A stretch of DNA of 64,000 nt, taken from Octopus vulgaris. Its lineage: Eukaryota. The position numbers and the translations under genes were made by a program. The notes beneath the pieces were generated by a model. It saw nothing but the letters and a program-made list of their open reading frames with translations, did no database searches and was not told where the DNA came from. Positions within the stretch are counted from its first letter, which is position 1, and each line of letters starts with the position of its first letter. Below are positions 11,459-24,849 of this stretch, piece after piece. The DNA is taken from NCBI GenBank assembly GCA_951406725.2, contig OX597823.1, positions 33,852,001 through 33,916,000 of the forward strand, given 5' to 3'.

Positions 11459-13984
11459 ATTAGCTCAACAACAATGTTCCACTGAGACATGAGACATGAT
11501 GGCTGAGTGGGTAAGGTATTTGATTGGATGCTTATTGTAGGCTCCAAGTTCGAACCTACAGCTTGTATCCCATTGTGTTTCTATATAAAATGTAAGAGTT
11601 GCCTCAGATTCACAGAAACCCATTCTTAAACGCCTGTGTTACAATGTATAGAACTATAATAGAGAGGAGGGGATAAAGAACTGCACCCTGGTGGACCCAT
11701 ATCTGCGTGCTCAATTCGTTGCTGCACTCTTTCTGTTAATTCTTACCTTGTTGTATGTACCTCTTCACATAGCTTTCACAGACCCTAACTAGCTAGTCGT
11801 ATACCCTTAGTCACAGACCTTAACTAACCTGTCGTATACCTTCAGTTGCCTTAGGGGTCACTCCACTACACAGGAGGAGTTATGGTAAACACTGATGACT
11901 GCTAGTACAGGCACTTCTCCAGGAGTTGTCAGAAAGGATTTGGTACAACCTGTTCTTGGCATCAAACTAGCTTGTAAGTACTTCTCAGTTGTGATACTAG
12001 GAAAGTGAGTCTTCATTGTACTTGACATAAAACTGAACTGCCACCCTTCAACAGTCTGTGATTCCTTAATTTTTAAAATCTGCCTCATCATTATGATTCC
12101 TTCTTTACTTTGTTGCTTTATAATGCATCGCCTTTGCCCCTGTAGCAACTGATGATGATCATGATCATGATACCACCACCTCCATCACCACCACCACCAC
12201 CACCACCACCACTACTACTACTACAACTTCTCAATTTCCAGTGTTGGCTTCATCTTTCATTCCTGTAAGATGATAGCGATAATACAAGTGTGATGGAATT
12301 TCTCTTGCATTCCTATAAAATGACACAAGCAATACAAGAGGGAGAGAATTTCCCTTAGTGGTTCTTTAGTGATTTCTGACTTTGACACAGGACCCACCCA
12401 ATATGCTGAGCAGTGCAGAAAGACCTAAAAACAGACTTGGATAAGAATTCAATGGGGGTTAAGTGAGATAATTACAGCCTTCTTTATAAATATTGAAACT
12501 TGGTCCTCTCTGTTGTTGTTGTTGTTGTTATTGTTGTTGTTGTTCAACCCCAAGTTAGACCTGATTGAGCAGAGCCATGCCAGCCATGACCATCCTGTAT
12601 TATTAGGGTCTCTCCAACTACATTACTCAATGTGCCTTTCTTTGTCTAATATGATGAAAAAGGTTTAGCCACCCAGGGGCTCTATTATTGCTTGTCTTAG
12701 CCACCCAGGGGCTCTATTATTGTTTGTAGAGATTTGATGACAGAATATCTAAATCAATAGGTTGTAGGTTCAAATCTATTGCAGGTTTTTGTTGAACAGT
12801 AGAACACTATATTCTACATTAACCCCTGCTGCTGAGGGAGTAAACCTTATGGAAAATCTGAAGGAGGGATCCTAAGACAGAAATGTATGGCTAACAGTCA
12901 TACTTAACTAATATCTGGTATCCCCTATGGTTCCATGGATATTGATTTGTCTTCTCTTCATGGCATATCCAGAAGTGGAGTGATGACACGTGTGTGTAGT
13001 TGTGTCTGGGTACTTGTTTCTAGAAACAGCCCTGGCACAACAGAGGTGGTTGACAATAGCGAAAAAGCTCAATCATATTCTACAGTGCTTCAATTGTAAT
13101 CTTGGTGCATACATTGTCATCTGTGGGAAAAGATAACCTGTGATAGACTAGTGTCCTATCCAGGTGAGTATTTGTTTCTCATTACTGCATTTATGAGACA
13201 TAAGCTAACAGTCTATGTTACCTCAGTTGTTGTGTGCATGTGTATTGGGGTAAGGGTTGATAAACGCCATCTCACCTTTAATGAGTATTATCTGCAATAA
13301 AGTGGTACCCTATCTGGTGTGAGTAGGAGCATGTTGATTGGCGCCTGCTCATCTGTAAACAATGTCACTTGTAATTAGGGCTTCTCAATTTCCTGGAACT
13401 TATCATTCTTTGAGAATCAGTGGGATAACACAAAAGAAAAAAAATCCAGGGTTCATGGAATTAGATCCCAATATTTACTCTTTAAATGTTTTTTCTCTTA
13501 TTTTAGGGTTTAGAGTTTGTAATAATACAAAGCAAGAATCAGGAACATAAAAGAATAAAAGAAGATAGAGTAGACTTTTTTCAGTTTTTGTCTTCAAAAT
13601 TCATTCACCAGTGCCACTCTTTTAAGTGGTTGGCATTTGGAAGGGCATCCAGCTATAGAAACCATACCAAAACAAACAAATAGATCATGGACAGCTTTTA
13701 GCTGGTCAATTCCTGTCAAACCATTCAACCTATGCCAGCATGGAGAATGGACATCAAAATACATGAGTATGCATGTGTGTACATGTTTGTGTGTGTATGT
13801 GTGTAAGTGTGTGTGTTACTGTCTCCTTTCCTTGACATTGTGTGACAGTTGTAAACAGATGTCACTGTCATGTAAGCATTGAAATGTGAACATTGTTTGT
13901 GATATTTTGCTGTGAAGATTTGGATGATGGCAATTAAAAATGAATCTAGTGCATCCAAAAATTATTAATGGATTATTTAAAATA

Positions 13985-14366
13985 TGACTGGCTTCCGTGT
14001 CAGCGACACATAAAAAGTGCCAACCGATTGTGGCGATGCCAGTACTCCCTGACTAGCTCTTGTGCTGGTGGCATATAAAAAGGACCATCCAAACATGGCC
14101 GATGCTAGGTCTGCCTGACTGGCTCCTGTGCCGGTGGCATATAAAAGTGCCAACCGATTATGGCGATGCCAGTACTCCCTGACTGGCTCTTGTGCTGGTG
14201 GCATGTAAAAATCACCCACCACATTCTTAGAGTGGTTGGTGTTAGGATGGGCATCCAGCTGTAGAAACACTGTTAGATCAGATTGGAGCCAGGTGCAGCC
14301 ACTGGCTTTCCAGACCTCAGTCACACCGTACAACCCATGCCAGCATGGAAAACAGACTTTACATGG

Positions 14367-14425
<59 letters not shown>
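13985..14425 (+). mobile_element. RTE 3'UTR-type repeat with tandem units and (GAT)n tail
   Basis: Same motifs as 8940-9480 and 54820-55185. Confidence 0.8.
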
Positions 14426-14599
14426 AATGTCATCAATCAAATCTGATGTTTTATTCTTTTACCATTTGATTGTTTAGAAACATTCGCCTGGAAAGCGGCA
14501 CATTGGAGTATTTTGCCAATTCAATTTTTCTAGAGTAAAACAAATGATTTTTAGAGAAGTAATGGGAGAACCTTTTAGAGCGTAGTTTTCAAAATTTCA

Positions 14600-16070
14600 G
14601 TTATCAATTGGTTCTGGCACAACAACTTCAATAACATTGAATCCATTGTCTAAAAAGTCAACAAGTGGTTTTATATCAATCATAACTTTTGGCATATAGC
14701 TTTTAAGGAGCAACAATCATTCTAACATTACAAATGAACTTCCCTAGCTTGTCTTTAATATTTTTTATTAATTACTATGTGCGATCATGTTCTTCTCTAA
14801 TGTGTTTCTGAAGTATTTGTTGTTTAGTTTTTTTGTTTGTTTTTTATGGTGACCTGAAATGAACTGACAATTATTCTCATCTTCATCTTCATCATCATCA
14901 TCATCATTGTCATCATCACACTGGCATGGGTTGGACAGTTCGGCTGGAATGAGGGAGGTGGCCTTTGTGCCAGACACTGAGAGGCTCAAACATGGCAGAA
15001 GCCATGGCAGAACAGGTGTCTTGCTGGAAAGGATACCAATGCTTGAAGAATTTCCAGCAAAACGGTCTTCTGCAACAGGAAGTATTTCACTGAATTTTAG
15101 TTTGTTGCAAACCAACATTGTTATCAACCACATTGATAACATTGGAATCTACCTTTTGATCATCATCCTGGAATGTATCTTCAACCTTCTCATCATTATT
15201 GCAAGGGTCGTTAATTAAATTGAATTCATCAGAATTTAGTTCAGTTTTCATGTAAGCATCATCACAAACAGCCAAGTGAAGACCATGTGCATTACACAGA
15301 CGATGCTCATAGTTCCAATCCTTACCAATTTTAACTATGAAACTTGGTCCATCAGTTACAACTGCAACTTTATGTTCTTTACTAAATCAAGGAAGAATTC
15401 AGGAAGTTTCTTTTCAAAAAATTCAAAGATTTCTTTTACGGTAGGCTCAGCATGGCTGGGATTGAAGCTCAGTCTCACTGTCTGGTTCCTTGGGCAAGTG
15501 TCTTCTACCATAGCCTCAGACTGATTAGTGCCTTGTGAATTTGGTAGCCAGAAACTGTTATGTGTGTGTGTGTGTGTGTCCCACCACCACTTGACACTGG
15601 TGTTGGTTTGTTTACATCCCTGTAGCTTAAGTGTTTGGCAAAGGAGTCTGAGAGAATTAATTATCAGACTTAAAATAAGTGCTGGGGTTGATTTGTTTGA
15701 CTAAAATCCTTCAAAGTAGTGCTCTAGCATGGCCACAATCCAATGATGGAAACAAGTCAATGATAAAAGAAGAAAAGCTTTCATAAATTCTAATTATTCC
15801 TAAACTCCAGAATTTACTAAACGATGAATAAAGATTCAAATATCTGCAATTACACAAAGATGCTTCTTCAGCTAAACTTTTCAGAGTCCTTTCTTTTAGT
15901 TATTTCTCAAAGATCTATTATATTTTTTAAAAAACCATATTGATATTGCACCATTTTCTTAATGAGAACCATTCTTTGTTAAAACCAAGCCTTCATCTGT
16001 AATAGCTTTCTAAAGAAAAGCATTTTTAATTATCACATTCATAGAAAATCCATTAATAGCAACACATCTG
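14600..16070 (-). mobile_element. Fossil hAT-superfamily transposase, split by two younger insertions
   Basis: Minus-strand pieces in order: CVAINGFSMNVII...; SLAEEASLCNCRYLNL...FWSLGIIRI; VAVVTDGPSFIVKIG...HRLCNAHGLHLAVCD (hAT TDG and CxAHxLHL motifs); KTS*GSSFVMLE*LL (TRWNS-like). Confidence 0.8.
15441..15775 (+). mobile_element. tRNA-derived SINE family 2 inserted in the hAT fossil
   Basis: ccttgggcaagtgtcttctac...gcatggccacaatccaatga matches the 48503-48916 copy. Confidence 0.75.
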
Positions 16071-16085
16071 GAGACTATTTCTTTT

Positions 16086-16402
16086 GTGGTGTCAGTCTAA
16101 TTTTGTCTATGGTGTCAGTCTAATTTTGTCTGTGGTGTCAGTCTAATTTCGTCTGTGGTGTCAGTCTAATTTCGTCTGTGGTGTTAGTCTAATTTCATCT
16201 GTGGTGTCAGTCTAATTTCATCTGTGGTGTCAGTCTAATTTCTTCTGTGGTGTCAACCTAATTTCGTCCGTGGTGTCAGTCTAATTTCTTCCGTGGTGTC
16301 AGTCTAATTTCTTCTGTGGTGTCAGTCTAATTTCGTCTATGGTGTCAGTCTAATTTCTTCTGTGGTGTCAGTCTAATTTCTTTTGTGGTATCAGTCTAAT
16401 TT
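16086..16402. repeat. 23-bp minisatellite, about 14 copies
   Basis: Unit gtggtgtcagtctaatttcttct; first two units start at 16086 and 16109; no spacers. Confidence 0.95.
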
Positions 16403-16569
16403 TCCATAAGGCTGTCTAATTCCTAAGCTTCTTTTCCAACCATGTGTTTATGAGTTCAGTCTCACTGTGTAGTATCTTGAGCATATGTCTTCTATAGCTC
16501 TGGATGAAGCAAACTGTTGTGAGTGGATTTAGCAGACAGAAACTGAAAGAAGTCTGTTGTATGTGTGTA

Positions 16570-16606
<37 letters not shown>

Positions 16607-19600
16607 TGGGGTGCATACATTCTTTTCTTCACATCATGGAATGATTGTAGGAAAGCATCACCTTTACATAAGATGTCATTTGTTTCAAATTCTTTGAGGA
16701 AAATCGTGGGGAAATATTATCTTCCTTAGAAACAGGTGACGTTTGGTGACAAAAAGAATATTCAGCCATAAAAAAAACTACACCTCAAACGAATTCCATC
16801 TGACTAATGCATTTCTAGAAAAATGGATGTGAAAACAATGATGATGATGATGATGATGATGAAGTTATTTCTGTTGGTTTTGTTCTTTGCAAAAGAAGTC
16901 CATCTGTTCCAAATGTACTAATATCTGAGAAAATGTCTTAGAGAACATTTTTTAACTGATGCCACAGCTATTTGCTGAACCACCTGAGCACTTTAAAATG
17001 GTCTTGGAATTTATAATTAGTTTTTAAATGACACAACCGGGAATTCCTTGGAAATAGAATACAAGCCTGGGAATTCCTGATTGCATTTGCAGCCAAATTT
17101 TCTTGGAATTCAGGATCCAGGAACCGTAGGAGAGAAGCCCTACATATGATAGACACCCACACTATCCAGGGGGAGTTTTATCACTCATCCACTTTACATC
17201 ATGAAACTAGAACTAATTGATAGCCTTTACAAGTCCTTTTAGAGTGTTTAGGAGATATTTACAAGCATCATACATTGTTGAAGGTCTGATGAAACTTGTC
17301 TCAGTTTTTGTAAGAGAAATAGGTAGGTTTGAGCCCACAAAATGCACTAAAGTTGTTGACGATGAGAAGGGCATCCAGCCTTAAGGACCGTGCCAAAAAA
17401 GGAGAGCAGGCATGGACTTTGTAAATCTGAGAAAAGGCAACTGCTAGAAGGACAGAGACTTTGGTAAAGGAACAAAAAGATACATTATGGCCATCTACAT
17501 GTTACACTTAATGCAAATACATGATGGAATGCCAAATTAACTGCACAGCTAGCATTCTCTCCACCACTATTCGATGAATTTCATCTGCTACTGCTATATC
17601 TTTTTGTTATTTAATACTGTACATTCATAAGAGATACTATTTCCAGATGAATATTGCTGTTAATTTGCCTTTTCACTAAGTATCTGCATTACATATCTTA
17701 CACAGATTGCTATTTTAATCTAATACTGCTTCTGTTGTTCATATCAATATATAACAGACATTTTAGTCCTGGCACAGACAACCTCTTTAGTATTGTAGCA
17801 AGGTATAATAGACAGAGTTCACACTGTAAAGTGGTTGGCACTAGGAATGGTAAAGAGCTGTAAAGACCTTAACAAAATGTATCATTTACTTCAACTAAGA
17901 TTGGCAGGTTTTGTTGTGTGTCAGATGCTGATGGAACATGACAAATATGGCAAGGAGGAGCTGCGGGAAAATGCACAGAAAATGGTGGTGGTAGTGTTGT
18001 TGTTGTTGGTGGTGATGGTGATGGTAATGGTATTGGTGGTGTTGGCAATAGTGATATTCATGGTGGTAGAGATGGTGGTGATGGTAGATGACAGTAGCAG
18101 TGGTAGTGGTGGGGATGATGACGATGATGATGATGGTGGTAGTGGTGGTGATGATGATGATGATAGTAGTGCTAATGATTGTTGTTGTTGTTGTGATGGT
18201 CATGGTGGTGATGTTGATGGCAAACTAACAAAATAATTGCTAGTTTCCTAGTAAACTGAATTTCTCCAACTTGATGGACTGAGCCATTGATTATGATGGA
18301 TCATTCAACCATCAATACATAACCACAACCACCACCACCATCACAACAATCACTACCACTACCACCACCACCACCACCACCACCACCACCATCACCACAA
18401 CCACCACAACCACCACCACTACCACCACCACCACCACCACCATTCTGCCACCACCACCACCCATGGTGATGTGTTCATACTCTCTAATACTTACTGCTCT
18501 TCAAAACTAGCGTCCAATCTGTGTATTATCTGATTCACTCACCTCTCCTCCCAACCTTCTGCTCTAACCCTACCCACCATCCTCAGCAACTTTGCCGATC
18601 CAATATGTTGCTTCTCACAATTACAACTGTGTGAAAATCTGTCTGAGTCCATACTTTACCAAACTGCAGAAATTCAAACAGTTTGACTTTGCCATTTTGG
18701 GAAGGATACCAAAAGATGTGGTGTGATAATGCAGAACCGTGAACAATGGAAGTGGAGATATGTTGTCTGTCTTGTCTCACCAAATGAGGATTCATTTAAT
18801 TTTGCTTTGACTCTTTTTATATCGTTCCTTACATTGGACAACATTAACAGACCAATAATAACATTGATGATTATCAATTAACTCTTTGGCTGGCAGTTCA
18901 TTTTTTAAAAATATTCTTGTGGTGTGAACAAATAATTTTCTGAAAAATGGTTCCACAATCATACATCATAATTCATTACACACATCAACCACATTGTCAT
19001 CATTCAATGCCTTCCATACTGGCATGGGTTGGATAGTTTGACAGGATCTAATGAGCTGGGGAACTGTCAAACTCCAATTTCTATTTTGGTATGGTTTCTA
19101 TGGTTAGATGCAGCACTTTCTAACACCAACCATTTTTGGATGTTTTTTTTCCCCATGATACCAACATTAGTGAGATCATCAAGTAATTCAGAAGACAAAG
19201 TTACTTTTGAGCATTTAAATCTATCACTATGTCATAGTAAATGTATGTTGTAACAACATGTAAATCATGGCAATTCTACAGGAATGGATGTAGTGGAACC
19301 CTCTAGTGATGTTTTGACACATTTAATATTCAATGATCAGCCAATACAGATATGCTTTAACATTGAGCTATGGCAAAAATGAGCCAAGGCAGAATTGACC
19401 CAAAGCTGAAATGGCCCAAATATCATTCTACTTGCAAGAAGGTTAAGATATCAACCAACTTGTATATTAATTATTCCACTAAGCAACCATTGTAAACTGT
19501 ATATTATCATCATCCTCACTCTTTAATGTATGTTTTCCATACTGCTATGGATTGGATGGTTTGACCAGAGATGGCAAGCAGAAGAGTTGAACCGAGTTCC

Positions 19601-20766
19601 TGAATCTGATTCAACTTGGCTTCTACGGCTGGATGCTCTTCCTTATGTCAACCATTTCAAACTGTGTGCTGGGTGCTTTTAACATGGCACTGGTATGTGG
19701 GGCCAGTGCAAGAGCTTTTTACATAGTACCAGCACAGGGCTGTCAGGACACTCCTCTTCATCAGCAGGAGTGACATTAACACTTCTGTTGTGGAGAACAG
19801 ATCTTCTTGAGTATATATATAAATTAAGCAGAAAATGGTGAAAATTCTTGATCAATAAATTAACTACCATCGATTATTATTTTTCAATACTAAACTTTAT
19901 CACTTCTAACAGCCGTTTCTGCTTCCAATGTCCCTCAGCACTGCCAAAGAAAATTCTGAGAATAATATTTGTCATATTCTATAACACACCCGATCTGGTA
20001 CATGGAGCTTCATCAGAGTGAAGACAAATGCATAAAATAAAAGAAGAGAAGAGAAAAGAAAAGGGCCTTGAGATGAGGAAAGAAGGCTTAATATATTTGA
20101 ATCATACCATTTTGCAATGTAAAGATTGAAGTCAATGAGCAAATGGCTAAACAAGAAAATTAATTGGTGGGTTACTGTTTCTATAGGGGTAACAGGGTGT
20201 ATAAATAATAAAATAAGTGCTTTAGTATAACAGGATTTACCAATAGGTCTAGAAAAAGAATAGTACTTAAGATTTTGTAAATAGTACTAATTAATATTTA
20301 TCTAAATTACATGCTCATAAATTAATTACATTAATATACTTACTGATATATTTTAAAGACCAACCACCTATTGTCCGTAATGGGATTGACCAAAGTCGAA
20401 CCATCAGACTTTGGCAAAGATAGAGAGATAAATATATAAAGGGAAAAAAATAAGTGAAATGAGGAAGGTTATAAGGTGAGGATGAAGCAAAAACAAAAAA
20501 AAGAAGATGAAGTTAATGAAATAAAACATGTGGTGGATGAAGTGCAAAAGTATGAAATGAAACAACAATTGAAGAATGTGTACAATGAAAATGAATACAG
20601 AATGAAAAGAAAAGAAAAGGATCTAATGCTTTGAATTTTACCTTTTTGAAAGAAAAAGAAAAGGAAAAAGGAAAAGTCTGACGAACAGAAATAGATTTTA
20701 TACCAAATTTATGACATATGTTTACATTGCAGGCGTTTGTGTTTATATGTGTGTGCATTTACATAT

Positions 20767-20817
<51 letters not shown>

Positions 20818-21235
20818 ATTATCCAACGATCTGTCTCTCATTCTGTATGTGTGTGTGTGTGTGTGTGTGTGTGAAGAATGAAAAAATAATTGTGAAGGGA
20901 AGTGAATCTCCTAGATCTTATATCTCAACTCAATGGAGAGATGTCAGGAATCTATCACATCTTATATTGATTCTTTTTACCGAATATGATGAAAGAAGAA
21001 GAAATAATAGCAAGACCCAGCAATGTGTAAGGGTCGATTTGCAATGATGTATATGCAAATATATGGAATTCTCCATCAATTTTCACTTGCCTTTAGTTTG
21101 TTGTTGCTATGCGAAGGAACTGTTTACTGCATAATCCTTGCATTTAAACGCATCAGTGTTATACTCCCTCTTTTAGTTGCCCCTGGCAACTGCTTCTGAT
21201 GATGATGTGGGAGACAACAACAACGGCGACAACAG

Positions 21236-21415
21236 CAGAAAAAGAAGAAAAAGAAGAAGAAGAAGAAGAAGAAGGAGAAGGAAGAGAAGAAGGGGAAGGA
21301 GGAGGAGAAGAAGAAGAAGAAGAAGAAGGAGAAGAAGGAGGAGAAGAAGGAGAAGAAGAAGAAGACGAAGAAGAAGAAGAAGAAGAAGAAGAAGAAGAAG
21401 AAGAAGAAGAAGAAA
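21236..21415. repeat. (GAA/GGA)n polypurine microsatellite
   Basis: Directly visible; gives the poly-R, poly-E and poly-L ORFs. Confidence 0.95.
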
Positions 21416-21619
21416 GGGAGAAAATAAATTGGAAGTATTTCGAATGGAAGGGAGAAATATTCTCTCGGTATTTATTTCTTTTTTATTTATTGATTCACTG
21501 AGTGTGTACTTAAGAAATATGATGTACTCTATTCCATCATCCACCATGTCCTACCTTCAGCCTCACTTATCTCTTTCTCCATACACAGTTTGTACTAACA
21601 CATGTATATAAACCCACAC

Positions 21620-21664
<45 letters not shown>

Positions 21665-21677
21665 CATACAAACATAT

Positions 21678-21708
<31 letters not shown>

Positions 21709-23369
21709 TATATATACATATATATATATATGCACAAGCACACATGTATGATATACATCATAGTTGAAAGGCTAGATGCATTCACACACATGGATTCACA
21801 TACATACATAAAATGTATACCATAGCTGAAAGCTTAGATGCTACACACAACAAACATGTGTATACACCTGTTTCTGTTTCTCTCCAAAAATGGAATGTTT
21901 TGAAGCACCATGGAAGTTTTCTCATTATTCCCAAATGTATGTTTTTGTGTCCAAAAAGACAAAGGAGAAGCGGTTCATGAAATCATGAAGGATATTTATT
22001 AAAAGATGTGTGTAGGAAGTGTGTACAACTATTTCACAAGAAAGAAAGGAACAGAAAAAATAGAAGAAGGCCGATACATTGAATTCTGTCAGTTAATTGC
22101 CGTTTGTAGTTTTCCAGTCAGTGGTTTGTTCGTTTGCTTTCGGCATTCGTTCATATATCTATTTTTCCATGCTAGCATGGGTTAGATGAATAGGTTATTG
22201 AAATATACGGCTGGATGCCCATCTTGTTACTCACCATTACCTGTTTTCCAAGTAAGGTATTTCATATTCCACATGGCTTTGAAGGCATGAAGCAAAGGGG
22301 TGATTTGTTGACAGGAAACATGACAACAACTTCACCAACCAAAACTTACAAGCTTCTTTGAAGAGGGGACAAATGCAATCACACACACACACGCATGCAT
22401 ATATACATATATGTACATATGTATCTATATGCAAAGGGCTTCTTTCAGTTTTCATCCAACAAATTCATTCAAAAGTTATTTGAACTGGGGCTATGTTAGA
22501 AGACAATCACTCAGGGTGATGTGCATTAAGATTGAATCTGAAATCATGTCGTTAGGAAGCAAACCTCCCAACCACACAGCCATGAGTACACCTACATTTT
22601 CCACATTTAAAGATTTCCTCCTCTTTCATCCATTGGCTTACCATAATCTGAAACCTACTTTTCATTAACAGAAATGAAGACGGAAAACTGTGGGAGATAT
22701 ATTTTAAGTTATAAAATTCCATTTTATGGCAAGATTTTCAGGAAAGCAATGCTGCTGTAATGAAGTGGATCCATGCACTGATTTACGATATAAGACGAAA
22801 AAGAAAACAGTTATTATAAACACATAAAGAATAATATATATTATATTAAAATATTAATGGTGTTGACCTTAGTGTAAGTTATGATGTTGGTGAATGTAAT
22901 GTGCAAGTATGACATGATGCAAATATAAAAACGAGTGAGTGAATAATTTCAGGGAAATCTGGGGCTAATGCGTACTTTTTTTTTATAGCATTGACCTTTA
23001 GATTACATTCATGGAATAACCTCCATGCCAGCATGGAAAACAAACATTAAATGATGATGATGATAATGATGATGACAATGATGATGACGACGACAACGAC
23101 GACGATGATGATGATGATTTGTAACATTTACATTAGTTTCTCAATCTCCCAAGTAGAGTCAACCATGTTATTTTGATCTCTTTCATACAAGTCAAACTGT
23201 CATTTATATGTAAATATGATGTGGATGTACATATGGTTTTGTGTTTGTGTCGTGGGACATCAATATTCTAGGAGTGTTGTGTATGAGAATTACATTGAAC
23301 ATGGTGGAATTGGTATATTTTTGGTGTGTCTATTTGTGTATATTGTAATGGTAAAGCATCAATAAACTG

Positions 23370-23860
23370 GAATTTGTTTTGAGTATTTGAGAGTGAATGT
23401 GCATTTTTTATAAGAGGTAGTCCAATATATTTCTGTTGTATGTAAATTACAATGTGTTTTTATAACCATTGTTATGTTAAAGGGTGTATGATGACTTTTC
23501 AAGACCAAATGATAGAAGATAATTAAACCTTAACTTTGTGTTACAAAAGGTTTGGCTATGTTGGTTGTAATGAGTTTTGGAAGGATTTGATGTAAGTCCA
23601 GTATATGACGTTGTTCAGATGCTGGTTTATTTCTCATTGGTTTTACTTTCACATTTCATGTTTTCTTAAAGCATTTAGACTTAAATGCATTGTGCACTTA
23701 AAATTGGGGAGAGATGAGGATCTCATCATATTGTGTCTCTTTAATGTACTTACACTGTAGCTTTAAAAAGATTTAATAAATTCTTTTGGCAAGTTTAATT
23801 GAAAAACTACTGTGAATATTACAATTAAAATTGTTCATTTCTTGGCTGCCACTTTAGTTT
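23370..23860 (-). pseudogene. Fossil Penelope-like element, GIY-YIG endonuclease region
   Basis: Minus strand across frameshifts: SYTGLTSNPSKTHYNQHSQTFCN, IWS*KV/KSHHTPFNITMV, CNLHTTEIYW; fits the PLE pattern YIGxTxxxFKxRYxxHxxSF...IWxLK...CxLCxxEK. Confidence 0.7.
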
Positions 23861-24339
23861 TAAATGCTAGCTATAACTTTCCCTATAGAATTTTTAAGGA
23901 AAAGTTCCTCTATAAGTATAAAAAAAATAACATTCTAATAATCTTTAAAACAATGTCAGCATATTTCTGATGCTTTTAGGATTAAAAAAAAAAAAATCCT
24001 GTCTCATTATAATAATACTGTAGCAGAGACTCATTCGAAAGACAAAATACAATTTGGACCACCCCAACAATATGCTTGTATGTAAAAATAGCAGAAGGAA
24101 CACTTTTAGTCTAAATATTCTTTGTAATACAGTAAGAAAGAAAGACAGAGAATTCCTATATCTAATAAATAGGCACTTCTGCAAGTTGGACAGAAACTGA
24201 ATTCTTTAACACAAATACAGTGGAGGTTGCTACTTTAATATCAAAGACTAGCAAAAGAATTCATATAAATGTAACCATCTCAATGTAACTACTATATTAC
24301 TTTTTTTGCCCTTTCAATAGAAACTGCTTTCTATGAAGC

Positions 24340-24640
24340 TTTGATAGGTTTATTGTGCTATAGTATCTTTGAAGGATATGGACAGAAGCTATATCAGTCT
24401 CACAGTTAACTCATTCAAAAACCAGTACACCCAGTATCTATTCTCCTTTGGACATCCAAAAACAGAAACACCACATCATTGTATGAATATGTCTTGAGCT
24501 TCAAAAGCAAAAACAATAACCAAAATATTAAAATAGAACAGGGCAGTTATTGAAAATGTTTACCATTTTATCAGCAGTTCTAGAAGATACCAATGCTGTT
24601 TTGCTGAGAAATTTAATTGTTTAACGATGATTAAGAAACT
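24340..24640 (+). pseudogene. Second fossil Penelope-like GIY-YIG endonuclease fragment
   Basis: SYISLTVNSFKNQYTQYLFSFGHP, RNTTSLYEYVLSFKSKN, SSRRYQCCFAEKF across frameshifts. Confidence 0.7.
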
Positions 24641-24849
24641 GGAATCAATTTGAAAGTGTTACTATGAAGTGTGTTACCATCTCAGATTGAATTGCAAGTG
24701 GGCTAAAATTCTTTGATTATCAAATTCATAGTAATCTTCAATAAAATAGAAAAGCATTTTACCAGCAAAAATCAAAACAAAACATTTATATTAGGAATGG
24801 TATAGGCATCGTATGGCTGCATGACTAAGATGTTTACTTCCTAATTCTA

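Noticed and set aside
11590-11755. Minus-strand donor caag|gtaaga
   Set aside because: Part of a decayed RTE RT fragment (gtccaccagggtgcagttct, GVHQGSVL-like).
12665-12727. 32-bp tandem duplication
   Set aside because: Ordinary slippage duplication with no further structure.
13100-13170. Strong donor ccag|gtgagt
   Set aside because: Lies in a SINE-like motif (gactagtgtcctatccagg) that recurs in related form near 17160 and 62590; no convincing exon upstream.
16086-16402. CRISPR-like array
   Set aside because: Units are contiguous with no unique spacers, there are no cas genes and the context is eukaryotic; it is a minisatellite.
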